64,000 bases of DNA from an uncultured Verrucomicrobiae bacterium (lineage in GTDB: Bacteria > Verrucomicrobiota > Verrucomicrobiia > Chthoniobacterales > UBA10450). The notes below the pieces were generated by a model that worked only from the letters and a program-made list of their open reading frames with translations, did no database searches and had not been told where the DNA came from. The number at the start of each line of letters is the position of its first letter. Position 1 is the stretch's first letter. The position numbers and the translations under genes are program-made. Positions 17,626 through 26,909 of the stretch are shown in pieces. The DNA lies in contig CAVTMK010000004.1 of NCBI GenBank assembly GCA_963735805.1, positions 480,001 through 544,000 on the forward strand, in the 5' to 3' direction.

Positions 17626-19203
17626 ATGGCCGATGCCCCAGACCAACCTGCAAAAAGCCGACATCGGAAGTGGCGGGTTGTTTTGTTGGTAATCGTCGCG
17701 CTTGTCGCGATTGGTTTTTGTTATCTCGCCTGGCGCTTCACGCGGGACGATCCGGTCACCTATGCGGATCCGGAAGAGCACTTCAAGTACGGCTCAACCG
17801 GCGGCGAGCGGGAATCGGGTGTTCCCTACTGGATTTGGAAGGTACTCCCCAAAATGTTTCCGGAATATTTGCCTGGGAAAACGTACACCCCGGGTACTGA
17901 ATACGCTTCGTTAGGCTTCATATACGAGCCCGGAAGGGATCTGCCTATCGGCACTTCGCGCCGCAATACTCAGGGAGTTGACCGGGTGTTCCTGAACTGT
18001 GCGATCTGTCACACCGGTTCCGTGCGCGAAACCCCGCAGAGTTCACGCGCAATCTACACAGGAATGCCGTCGAACACCGTCGACCTTGAATCGTTCGAAC
18101 GTTTTATTTTCGCCTGCGCATCGGATCAACGTTTCAATGCGCCGCGGGTCCTTGCCGAGATGGAAGGGATCGGCGGGAAATATGACCTGATCAATCGGTT
18201 CGTCATGCGTTATTACGCTATTCCCTTGATGCGTGAACGTCTGTTGATGTTGAAAGGGCACTTCCGTTTCGGCGATTGGGAACCGGACGCAGGACCCGGT
18301 CGCACTGACACGTTCAACCCAGCGAAGACGCTTCTGGAATTTCCTCTCGAGAAACTGGAAACGCGCGAACTGGTTGGTCTTTGCGATTTGCCCTCCATCT
18401 GGTTGCAACGCCCGCGTAAGGAGAAAAATATTCACGCACATTGGGACGGCAATAACAGCATGATGGAGGAGCGCAACAAAAGCGCCGCATTCGGCACCGG
18501 AGCGTTTCCGCCAACGATCGATCTGAAACAAATGGCGCGCATCGAGCGATGGCTGCTTGATAAGGAACCACCCAAATATCCATTTCCGATCAACGCCGAA
18601 CTCAGCGCGCAGGGCGAAAAACTCTATACGCAATACTGCGCAAATTGCCACGGCCGCAACGGCCGGGATTTCAACGGTGAATACGTCGGCGAAATAGTGC
18701 CGATCGACAAAATCGCAACGGACCGTCACCGGCTCGATTCGTATACAGAACAATTAGCCATAGCGCAGAATACGCTCTACGCCGGTTATCCGTGGCGCTT
18801 TAGTCATTTCCGAAAAACCTTTGGCTACGTCAATTTGCCGCTGGACGGCGTCTGGCTGCGTGCGCCGTATCTCCACAACGGCTCAGTACCAACGCTGCGC
18901 GATCTGCTGAACCCCAGCACCGAGCGTCCCACGGTTTTTTATCGCGGGTATGACGTGTTCGACCAGGCGAAACTGGGGTTTGTCTCGGACGTAGACCGAT
19001 TCGATGACCAGGGACGCAGCAAGGATGATCCCGACAACCCAAGAAAATATTTCAGGTTCGACACGCAAGTGAAGCCTGGCGGCCTGACGCCGCGCGATCG
19101 GAACGAAGGCAATTCAAATGTCGGCCACGAAGGACCTGCCTACGGGACGATGCTGTCTGCCCAGGAAAAAGACGCGATCGTCGAGTATCTGAAAACATTT
19201 TGA
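17626..19203 (+). CDS. Membrane-anchored di-heme c-type cytochrome (RoxA-like)
   Basis: N-terminal TM. CAICH (17998-18012) and CANCH (18637-18651), 'PLDGVWLRAPYLHNGSVPTL', 'GNSNVGH', 'IVEYLKTF'. Confidence 0.85.
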   Translation: MADAPDQPAKSRHRKWRVVLLVIVALVAIGFCYLAWRFTRDDPVTYADPEEHFKYGSTGGERESGVPYWIWKVLPKMFPEYLPGKTYTPGTEYASLGFIYEPGRDLPIGTSRRNTQGVDRVFLNCAICHTGSVRETPQSSRAIYTGMPSNTVDLESFERFIFACASDQRFNAPRVLAEMEGIGGKYDLINRFVMRYYAIPLMRERLLMLKGHFRFGDWEPDAGPGRTDTFNPAKTLLEFPLEKLETRELVGLCDLPSIWLQRPRKEKNIHAHWDGNNSMMEERNKSAAFGTGAFPPTIDLKQMARIERWLLDKEPPKYPFPINAELSAQGEKLYTQYCANCHGRNGRDFNGEYVGEIVPIDKIATDRHRLDSYTEQLAIAQNTLYAGYPWRFSHFRKTFGYVNLPLDGVWLRAPYLHNGSVPTLRDLLNPSTERPTVFYRGYDVFDQAKLGFVSDVDRFDDQGRSKDDPDNPRKYFRFDTQVKPGGLTPRDRNEGNSNVGHEGPAYGTMLSAQEKDAIVEYLKTF

Positions 19204-19225
19204 TCAAGATCTGATTGATAAGCCA

Positions 19226-20761
19226 ATGAATCTCCAACCCAAAACAAAACGTCTCATTTGGGTTTCCGCGAGTGTGGTCGTGGTTTTGATTGCGCTTGGC
19301 GGCTTCTTTGCGTGGATAAAATTTTTCCGCCAAGAGAAAGAAGTGTTCGCGAATGAAGAAGAACATTTCAAATACGGCTCGCTTGGTGCAGAAGGCGACC
19401 GCGGCATCCCGTATTATCTCTGGATGGTCCTGCCGCGTATTTTTCCGGACCTCATGCCCGGGCCGGGCGGCTACAAGTCATTTGGCGTGGTTTGGGAGGA
19501 GGGTCATGAAATTCCTGTCGGTTTTTCGAAAAAAGTCGTCGGTTTTGCGCGGATCACGAACAACTGCGCAATTTGCCACGCTGCGACTTATCGACTGAGC
19601 GAGGATGAAGTTCCGCACGTTGTCGTTGCGGGACCGGGCCACACCAATAATGCGCAAAGCATGCTGCGTTTTTTGTTCAAAGCAGCACACGACCCTCGCT
19701 TCAACTCGGACATTATCATGAACGAGATCCGTCTTGTTAACGCAAACAACTACGGCAATGGCGGGCTCTCGTTTATCGACCGGCAGATTTACCGTTACCT
19801 GCTGATCCCATTCACCAAAAAGGCGCTGCTCCAGCAGGAGAAACAATTCACCTGGATGGAACGCTATGTCACTAATGGCAAGCCAAAGCCGTACTGGGGA
19901 CCGGGACGTGATGATGCCATGAACTTGACAAAGTATTTCATGACCAGCATGGCAGAGGACAACACGTTTGGCCCGACCGATTTCCCTTCGATATGGAACC
20001 TCGGCATCCGCAGCGGAAAGGATAATGCCGGAAAACAGATGTTGTTGAACTGGACTGGCGATACGCCGGCGGTGCGCTCGGTTTTAATCGATTCGGCACT
20101 GGGACTCGGCGCGCCTGCGCAGCCGTGGTTTTTACAACGCATGGCCGATCTCGATCATTACCTGAGTAACTTGCCGCCACCCAAGTGGCCATTTGACGAA
20201 ACGAATCCAATCAACCAGCAAGTGGCTGTCGAAGGTCAGAAGATTTACTCCCGTGACTGCGCCGCGTGCCATGAACCGCGTGCTGAATTTACAAACAAGG
20301 TAGTCCCAATCACTGAGATTGGGACTGATCCCGAGCGGATGTATTCATGGTCGAAAGATGCTGCCGCAGAAGCCAACCGACGCGTCAAACAACTGGGCAT
20401 CGATCGTCCGCCTATGGTAGAAACGCAGGACCCGTACGGCTATGTCTCACCGCCGCTGGACGGAATCTGGCTACGTGCGCCCTATCTTCACAACGGTTCC
20501 GTGCCGAGTTTGCGCGACTTGTTGAATGCGCCAGGCGAACGTCCGCAAACTTTTCATCGTGGCTATGACGTTTTCGATCCCGTCAAAGTTGGATTCAAGG
20601 AACCGCCTCCTCGTCCAACCGGACCGACCGGCGAACTGACGCAACCATATCTCCTTTTCGATACCCGCGAAAAGGGTAACGGCAACAATGGCCACACCTA
20701 TGGCACGCAATTGTCGAACCAGGACAAGGAGAACCTGCTTGAATACCTGAAGACGCTTTAG
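19226..20761 (+). CDS. Membrane-anchored di-heme c-type cytochrome (RoxA-like), paralog
   Basis: N-terminal TM. CAICH (19565-19579) and CAACH (20258-20272), 'PLDGIWLRAPYLHNGSVPSL', 'GNGNNGH', 'LLEYLKTL'. Confidence 0.85.
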   Translation: MNLQPKTKRLIWVSASVVVVLIALGGFFAWIKFFRQEKEVFANEEEHFKYGSLGAEGDRGIPYYLWMVLPRIFPDLMPGPGGYKSFGVVWEEGHEIPVGFSKKVVGFARITNNCAICHAATYRLSEDEVPHVVVAGPGHTNNAQSMLRFLFKAAHDPRFNSDIIMNEIRLVNANNYGNGGLSFIDRQIYRYLLIPFTKKALLQQEKQFTWMERYVTNGKPKPYWGPGRDDAMNLTKYFMTSMAEDNTFGPTDFPSIWNLGIRSGKDNAGKQMLLNWTGDTPAVRSVLIDSALGLGAPAQPWFLQRMADLDHYLSNLPPPKWPFDETNPINQQVAVEGQKIYSRDCAACHEPRAEFTNKVVPITEIGTDPERMYSWSKDAAAEANRRVKQLGIDRPPMVETQDPYGYVSPPLDGIWLRAPYLHNGSVPSLRDLLNAPGERPQTFHRGYDVFDPVKVGFKEPPPRPTGPTGELTQPYLLFDTREKGNGNNGHTYGTQLSNQDKENLLEYLKTL

Positions 20762-20892
20762 GAACGCGGCATGCTTATTCAAACGTTAAACACTTAAGAC
20801 GGGTTCCGACAAGGCGCCTTTACGATCCAAGTGGTGGACCACGTGAAAAGCTCTTGTGCGCACGCCGGTTCTCCGTCAGTTTCCGTTCTGTC

Positions 20893-21897
20893 ATGGCGGC
20901 AAATCGCAAGCTCGGTTGTCTTAGCATCTTCTTGTTCGTTGCCCTTTGTGCCAGTTTGTTCATCAACCTGGCACTGACCGTCGCGGCCTTTCAACGCCTT
21001 AGCGGGATTCGTGAGCCTGAGCCAATCCCGCGTTTTCGCGAAGTCCTGCTTCAGCGGGGTGCACGGGCGACTACAGATAAAATCGCAGTTATAACGATGC
21101 GCGGGCTGATCAGTTCTTCGCTTCCTGGCACCGTTACAGATTCGATGGTCGATGACATGCGTGCGGCGTTGCAACAGGCGCGCGATGACAGCCGTGTCAA
21201 AGCCATTGTGTTGGAAGTCGATTCTCCAGGTGGCGAAGTGACAGCTTCCGACGCTATCTACAGCGCGCTGGTCAAGGTCCGTGCGAAGAAACCCGTCGTT
21301 GTTTACATGGATTCGCTGGCGGCATCCGGCGGCTATTACGTGTCCTGTGGGGGCAAGTTTTTAATGGCAAGCGATACGACAATCACTGGCAGTATCGGCG
21401 TCATTATTCAAACGCTGAATTACGAGCAGCTGTTCAACAAGGTCGGACTCGCCTCCGTGGTTTTCAAAAGCGGCAAGTTCAAGGACATGTTGAATGGCGC
21501 GCGACCGATCACGGCAGAGGAACGCGAGCTGGTTCAGAGCTTTATCATGAAAACTTACGACAAATTTCTAGGTATCGTTGCGAAGGAAAGAAATCTTCCG
21601 GCAGACCTTTTGCGCAATACGATCGCCGACGGACGAATCTTGTCGGGAAAGGACGCATACGAACACAAACTGATTGATGGCCTTGGTGAGTTGGACGACG
21701 CATTTGGGAAGGCGAAAGAACTCGGAAATGCGCCCGACGCCAAGGTAGTGAAATATGGTCCACCGTTTAGTCTCAGCCGCTTCTTCCGAATATTCGGAGA
21801 GACCGATTCAAAGATTGAACTAACACTCCCAAAGCAACTCGTTCCACAACTTGAAAGCGGGCGGGCGTATTTTCTGCCCAGCTACTACGCGCCTTAG
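20893..21897 (+). CDS. sppA: Signal peptide peptidase SppA (36K type, S49)
   Basis: VDSPGG, AASGGYY, TITGSIGV, KSGKFKD, ADGRI. Confidence 0.93.
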   Translation: MAANRKLGCLSIFLFVALCASLFINLALTVAAFQRLSGIREPEPIPRFREVLLQRGARATTDKIAVITMRGLISSSLPGTVTDSMVDDMRAALQQARDDSRVKAIVLEVDSPGGEVTASDAIYSALVKVRAKKPVVVYMDSLAASGGYYVSCGGKFLMASDTTITGSIGVIIQTLNYEQLFNKVGLASVVFKSGKFKDMLNGARPITAEERELVQSFIMKTYDKFLGIVAKERNLPADLLRNTIADGRILSGKDAYEHKLIDGLGELDDAFGKAKELGNAPDAKVVKYGPPFSLSRFFRIFGETDSKIELTLPKQLVPQLESGRAYFLPSYYAP

Positions 21898-21909
21898 AAC
21901 ACGGGACGC

Positions 21910-22755
21910 ATGGGATCCGGCAGCCTCTTCGCGGCACTCGGAGTCGTTCCCAGCTCTGTTTTAAGCCTTCTTCTCTCCATTCTTTATCTTCTTGGCAGTC
22001 TTTATGTCTATATTTCGCTAATTTATCAGATCAGTTCGCGAATTCCGAACGCTTTCGGTGTCGAGGTGACGACGACCCGAAGGTTCGGACTGCCGGAGGC
22101 AATACTGGCTGGGCTGTTGATCCTTTTCCTTTTTCTGACTATTGGCGCATCGATCTCGCAACCCTCCGTCCAGTTCAGCGCCCGTAATCTTCTGGCGAAT
22201 TTTCTTCTGACTGGTTGCGTGGTGCTCGTCATAATCACTTTTCTCCAGTTCCGCGGTTTTGACGTCGAGTCGTTAGGCGGGTTTTTCAGGCTAAGCTTTA
22301 TCCGGACCCTGAGCACCGCAGTGATCCTGCTGTTCTTTGCTTATCCGTTGATCTTGTTGGCTGACGCCGTTACGCAGCGGCTTTTTGGGGGCGGCTCGAG
22401 CAGGCAAAACATTGTCGAGTTTTTCAGCGGATCGCGGACGATTCAGCAGCGAGTGATGATCATCGTTTTCGCCGTGGCAGTCGCTCCGGTAGTTGAGGAA
22501 TTTCTTTTTCGATTTTTTATCTACGGTGTACTTAAGCGCTATTTTGGCCGCCTTCTGGGCGTCATGTTCAGCGCCTTGCTTTTCGCTGCAGCGCACGCGC
22601 ATTTGCCCTCATTTGCGCCACTGTTCGTTCTGGGAAGTTGTTTCGCGATTGCATACGAGTGGAGCGGTTCCCTTCTCGTCTCCATGGCAATGCATTCGCT
22701 CTTTAATTCGCTGACGCTTACTGCGCTTGCATTTCCGGAAATCTTTTCTCCATGA
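21910..22755 (+). CDS. CPBP/Abi (CAAX) intramembrane protease
   Basis: APVVEEFLFR, FAAAH, HSLFN. Confidence 0.9.
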   Translation: MGSGSLFAALGVVPSSVLSLLLSILYLLGSLYVYISLIYQISSRIPNAFGVEVTTTRRFGLPEAILAGLLILFLFLTIGASISQPSVQFSARNLLANFLLTGCVVLVIITFLQFRGFDVESLGGFFRLSFIRTLSTAVILLFFAYPLILLADAVTQRLFGGGSSRQNIVEFFSGSRTIQQRVMIIVFAVAVAPVVEEFLFRFFIYGVLKRYFGRLLGVMFSALLFAAAHAHLPSFAPLFVLGSCFAIAYEWSGSLLVSMAMHSLFNSLTLTALAFPEIFSP

Positions 22756-22814
22756 GGCCAGGCGAAGCGGGCACAAGCCTCCAAAGGAGACGGATTTATT
22801 CAAAGAAGAAACGG

Positions 22815-23708
22815 ATGCGCTGCGGCGACGTGGGTGAAGATCAGCTGCTCAGTCGGCTTTTGCCTCTTGTTCGGCTTGGAAAAGGCATTGTTAGCGGGGA
22901 TGACTGCGCGGTCGTGGAGACCCGCGATCGCCGGGACTTTCTTGTTCTCAAAACCGATTGCGTTGTCGCAGGCGTGCATTTCTTGCAAACGGCGAACGCG
23001 ACTGACATCGGCTGGAAAGCGATGATGCGTCCGCTCAGTGATTTCGCGGCAACTTCGGCCGTTCCTCAATTTGCACTGATCACTCTCATCGCTCCCGCGC
23101 AAACGAAGGTCGAATGGGTGGAGAGGATTTATCGCGGACTGTGCCGGGCTGCAAAGCGGTTCCAAGTCCGGATAGTCGGGGGCGAAATGAGCAGCACACC
23201 TGGGCCCGTGGCGATTTCAGTCAGCGCCGCTGGTTTTGTTGAAAGAGACCGCTGCGTATCGCGCCGGGGCGGCAAGGCGGGCGACGATCTCTTTGTGACT
23301 GGCCGGCTGGGTGGTGCCGTGCAACAAAAGCATCTGAAATTCATTCCACGGATTGTCGAATCGCGGTGGCTCACAAAAAATTTCTCCATTCATGCCATGA
23401 TGGATTTAAGCGACGGATTGGGAGCCGATCTTCCGCGACTTGCGACAGCGAGCCGAGTTGGCTTTGCCATCGAGATGGATAATCTGCCACTGACTCCTGG
23501 TGCGACGATCGACAGTGCAATGTCAGAAGGCGAAGATTATGAATTGCTTTTCGCCATTTCGCCGCGTGATAGAACGCGCCTGCAACGAGAATGGCGAAAG
23601 AAATTCCGGAAACTACCGCTCACTCGAATTGGTCGCTTGAATCGGCAATCCAAAAGTGGCAATCCGCAATTGAAACGTGGCTACGTTCATTTCCAATACT
23701 CCGGCTGA
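22815..23708 (+). CDS. thiL: Thiamine-monophosphate kinase
   Basis: GDDCAV, GVHF, LSDFAA, IVGG, MMDLSDGL, GEDYELLF, C-terminal GYVHF. Confidence 0.92.
   Translation: MRCGDVGEDQLLSRLLPLVRLGKGIVSGDDCAVVETRDRRDFLVLKTDCVVAGVHFLQTANATDIGWKAMMRPLSDFAATSAVPQFALITLIAPAQTKVEWVERIYRGLCRAAKRFQVRIVGGEMSSTPGPVAISVSAAGFVERDRCVSRRGGKAGDDLFVTGRLGGAVQQKHLKFIPRIVESRWLTKNFSIHAMMDLSDGLGADLPRLATASRVGFAIEMDNLPLTPGATIDSAMSEGEDYELLFAISPRDRTRLQREWRKKFRKLPLTRIGRLNRQSKSGNPQLKRGYVHFQYSG
23640..23674 (+). repeat. Heptamer tandem repeat within the thiL 3' end
   Basis: aatcggc-aatccaa-aagtggc-aatccgc-aattgaa, translated as NRQSKSGNPQLK. Confidence 0.55.
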
Positions 23709-24096
23709 GACCGAAGCAGTGGGCTGGCGACTTGCAGAGGATGTCCGAGTCGGATCCGTTTTGGCCTTGCAGGGCGAGCTGGGAAGCGGCAAGACACAAT
23801 TCACTAAAGGTTTGGTAGCCGGCATGGGAAGCAACGCAGCCGTTTCCAGTCCTACATTTACGATTGTGCACGAATATCGAGATGGGCGGCTGCCTGTTTA
23901 CCATTTCGACTTCTTTCGCGTGGAGAATCGCAAATCCCTCGCGCGACTAGGCCTCGATGATTATCTTTTTGGCGACGGAGTTTCGGTGATCGAATGGGCG
24001 GATCGCTTCCCGGAATTCATCCCCGAACAAGCGCGCTGGATTCTGTTTGAGATAAAGTCGGAGAACCAGCGTACCATTACCTTCCGAGGAACGTGA
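23677..24096 (+). CDS. tsaE: t6A37 biosynthesis ATPase TsaE
   Basis: GELGSGKT, SSPTFTIVHEY, YHFDFFR, VIEWA. Confidence 0.95.
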   Translation: MATFISNTPAETEAVGWRLAEDVRVGSVLALQGELGSGKTQFTKGLVAGMGSNAAVSSPTFTIVHEYRDGRLPVYHFDFFRVENRKSLARLGLDDYLFGDGVSVIEWADRFPEFIPEQARWILFEIKSENQRTITFRGT

Positions 24097-24695
24097 AAAT
24101 TCTTGCGCTGGAACTTTCCACGGCGCGCGGCAGTCTGGCGTGGTCGGGTAAGCAGACTCCCAATCTCGCGCTCGAATGGCCGAACGATCGAAAGAATTCA
24201 GCTCTCTTTTTCGAGAACCTCGATGCTGTAATAGAGAAATACGGTTCTCCAGACACGATTATCGTCGGGCTTGGCCCCGGCTCGTACGCTGGGACTCGCA
24301 TCGCTATTTCCGCCGCAATCGGATTGCAGCTTTCTTCCGGTGCGCGTCTGATTGGTTTTCCGTCGATTTCTGCCATGGAATCCGACGCACACGAATACTG
24401 CGTAATCGGCGATGCCCGCAGGAAATCTCTTTTCTTTGCGCATGTCCGGTCGAATAACCTGGTCGAAGATCCAACGCTTTTCTCGGAGGCCGAACTGAAA
24501 TCCAAGCTCGACGCGATTGAGATCACAATGCCGGTTTTCACCTCGGATGCGCTTCCGCAATTTGAGCGCGCCGTGGTACATTTCCCATCAGCCCTCGTGC
24601 TCGCCAGACTTGCGAGGGATAAACGGCGCAGCTTTTCTATGCCACCGCTCGAACCGATTTACTTACGCGAGCCGCACATCACGATGCCAAAATGA
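24093..24695 (+). CDS. tsaB: t6A37 biosynthesis protein TsaB
   Basis: MKILALELS, GLGPGSYAGTR, DARR, EPIYLR. Confidence 0.93.
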   Translation: MKILALELSTARGSLAWSGKQTPNLALEWPNDRKNSALFFENLDAVIEKYGSPDTIIVGLGPGSYAGTRIAISAAIGLQLSSGARLIGFPSISAMESDAHEYCVIGDARRKSLFFAHVRSNNLVEDPTLFSEAELKSKLDAIEITMPVFTSDALPQFERAVVHFPSALVLARLARDKRRSFSMPPLEPIYLREPHITMPK

Positions 24696-25795
24696 AGGGA
24701 ACTTATCGTTGCTGGGCTGAGATCGATCGGAGCGCGTTGCGTCACAATGCCAAAATCGTCCGGGAACGTGTCGGTTCCGCCGGGATCCTGGCTGTAGTGA
24801 AAGCGAATGCTTACGGTCACGGTTTAACCGGCGTAGCGGAAACGCTGGCAGATGAGGTGCAACTTTTCGGCGTGGCGAATCTGGAAGAGGCGCTGGTGCT
24901 GCGTGAATCTTTTTCTCATCCGATCATCATTCTTGGCCCCGCTCTCCCAGGAGAGAGATCGACGATCACTAAGCATGGTTTCATTCCGACGATTTCTGCT
25001 CTTGAGGAGGCAGAAGACTTCAATCGGGTCGCGGACCGCTCGCCCGTCGCCGTCAATTTTAAGATCGATACGGGCATGGGCCGCATGGGGGTTCCAGTAG
25101 ACCAAGCCCTGGACGTTCTGAAAAAGGTCTCCACATTTCCGAATATCAGGATCCACAGCGTTTCGACTCACTTGCCATCGTCCGGTGAGGATCCGAAGTA
25201 CACACGCGATCAACTTTTGCGCTTTGGCGACATGATGAAGCAATTTCGCGCCGCGCTTTCAATCGATTACAAAACACATGTGCTCCAAAGCGCGGGCGTG
25301 CTTGGTTTCGCCGAGCTGGCAGGAGTCTTCGACATCGTGCGCGCTGGGATCGTCCTTTACGGGATTTCACCGCTTCCGGAATTTCAGAATCTCCTCAAAC
25401 CGGTAATGACTTGGAAAACGCGTATTTCTCTCGTACGCGAAATGGCCAAGGGGAGTTCGATCAGCTATGGCCGCACATTTATTACTCCTCGCAAAATGCG
25501 GGTGGCAACGTTATCAGCTGGTTATGCCGATGGATATCCGTGGCACCTTTCTAATCGTGATGCTGCCGTCCTGGTTCAGGGGCGGCGTTGCGCACTTCTC
25601 GGGCGCGTGACCATGGATTTGATGATGATCGATGTCAGCAAGATCGATAATGTGCAAGTAGGCGATGAGGTTGTTTTGATGGGACGCGACGGAAACGAGG
25701 AAATTTCCTGCGCGAAACTGGCCATTACGGCTGGGACGATTTCTTGGGAAATTACGACTCGCATTGGCGCACGTGTGAAGCGCGTTTTCATTTGA
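24692..25795 (+). CDS. alr: Alanine racemase
   Basis: AVVKANAYGHG, KIDTGMGRMG, SYG, GYADG, GRVTMD. Confidence 0.96.
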   Translation: MKGTYRCWAEIDRSALRHNAKIVRERVGSAGILAVVKANAYGHGLTGVAETLADEVQLFGVANLEEALVLRESFSHPIIILGPALPGERSTITKHGFIPTISALEEAEDFNRVADRSPVAVNFKIDTGMGRMGVPVDQALDVLKKVSTFPNIRIHSVSTHLPSSGEDPKYTRDQLLRFGDMMKQFRAALSIDYKTHVLQSAGVLGFAELAGVFDIVRAGIVLYGISPLPEFQNLLKPVMTWKTRISLVREMAKGSSISYGRTFITPRKMRVATLSAGYADGYPWHLSNRDAAVLVQGRRCALLGRVTMDLMMIDVSKIDNVQVGDEVVLMGRDGNEEISCAKLAITAGTISWEITTRIGARVKRVFI

Positions 25796-25828
25796 TCGTG
25801 AATCGAGATTCGAGAAACGTGAATTGAT
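25794..25828 (+). repeat. Heptamer tandem repeat
   Basis: gatcgtg-aatcgag-attcgag-aaacgtg-aattgat right after the alr stop. Confidence 0.5.
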
Positions 25829-25861
25829 CTTCGTTGTAACGAAGTACGAATCAGAAACCTC

Positions 25862-26224
25862 ATGTTCCAAATCATCTTCAACGAATTGAGTGCGGCCGAG
25901 ATCTCGGGACTCCCGAAAAAATTGCAGCTGGAATTGCTCGCGGAATTTCAAATTTTACCTGAGGATCTGGACCAGCTCGATTCAGAACGCTTTGGGGTTA
26001 TCCAGCGCGAAGGAAAAAAACTATTTCGCTATCGTGCGAAAGATTACCGCATCTATTTCGCCAAGACTGACGAAGGTATCAGGGTCCATCGTGTCTTACA
26101 CAAGAACACGTTTCGCGATTTCCTTTTCCGAAGCAAACTGCCGGTGTCCGAGGATGCCCAGTTGGGCGAGACTCGCGAATTCTGGAAACTGATCGAGCAG
26201 GGCGAAAAAACGCGAAAGGCCTAG
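25862..26224 (+). CDS. RelE/ParE-fold protein
   Basis: 'FQIIFNELSAAEI..LPK' and 'LFRYRAKDYRIYF...VHRVLHK' pattern. Confidence 0.65.
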   Translation: MFQIIFNELSAAEISGLPKKLQLELLAEFQILPEDLDQLDSERFGVIQREGKKLFRYRAKDYRIYFAKTDEGIRVHRVLHKNTFRDFLFRSKLPVSEDAQLGETREFWKLIEQGEKTRKA

Positions 26225-26351
26225 AGGAAGAGACAACATCCAACTGTTGTATGGCGTTTCTGCGAAACGCCAATCAAAGGACAGCGTCTGATGCAGGGGC
26301 ACTGCAATTCCCTCGTCGAGCGCGTGGAGTGGAAGTGCTTAATCTCATTGG

Positions 26352-26460
26352 GATCATCCCGCGCGGAGCGAAGGACCTCACAATCGAAGCCTGGATCACG
26401 CAAACTAAGAGTGTAACCAGCGGGGGGCAAGAGGTCCCCTCGATTTCGCTCGGGATGACA
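26352..26460. repeat. TGTCATYCYGAGCG-type palindromic element, copy A
   Basis: Left arm atcatcccgcgcggagcgaaggacctc; right arm gaggtcccctcgatttcgctcgggatgaca. Lies between convergent genes. Confidence 0.7.
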
Positions 26461-26487
26461 AAGCAGCGCGTTAACGTCCCGGCTTCG

Positions 26488-26730
26488 TCACTTCATCAAC
26501 AGCACCGACCGGCTGCGCTTGATTTCGCGCGTGATTTTGCGGTGCAGATGCGCGGGCATGCCGGTGACGCGGCGTGGAAGGATTTTGCCGCTTTCGGTGA
26601 CGAATTTTTTAAGGAGATCGGGATTTTTGTAATCAATAGCCTCAATGGCAATATCGATCCGCCGACGAGGCATGGCGCGATTCGCCCTGCGGAAGGCGGA
26701 ACGGCGTTTGGCTGTTTTAGGACCCATCAT
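26488..26730 (-). CDS. rpsR: 30S ribosomal protein S18
   Basis: [26 protein letters not shown]...IKRSR. Start overlaps the rpmG stop. Confidence 0.96.
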   Translation of the reverse strand: MMGPKTAKRRSAFRRANRAMPRRRIDIAIEAIDYKNPDLLKKFVTESGKILPRRVTGMPAHLHRKITREIKRSRSVLLMK

Positions 26731-26900
26731 TTCGTTTCGCGATGCAGTGTGTGCCGTCTCAGGAACGGATTGTATTTCTTTTTCTCAAGCCGATTAGGTG
26801 TGCGTGGGCTTTTCTTGTTCCGGGTGGTCATGTAGCGGGAAACAGGCTTACCCAAAGCCTTGGCCTCCGTGCATTCCAGTGTGACAATTTCCTGGGCCAT
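26727..26900 (-). CDS. rpmG: 50S ribosomal protein L33 (not in ORF track)
   Basis: Hand translation: [57 protein letters not shown]. Confidence 0.95.
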   Translation of the reverse strand: MAQEIVTLECTEAKALGKPVSRYMTTRNKKSPRTPNRLEKKKYNPFLRRHTLHRETK

Positions 26901-26909
26901 TTGTCGGTG

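Noticed and set aside
20835..20850. parS-like sequence TGGACCACGTGAAAAG (also tttcatgtgaaa at 51312-51323)
   Set aside because: Only 11-12 of 16 positions match the parS consensus and the outer palindrome is broken; not supportable.
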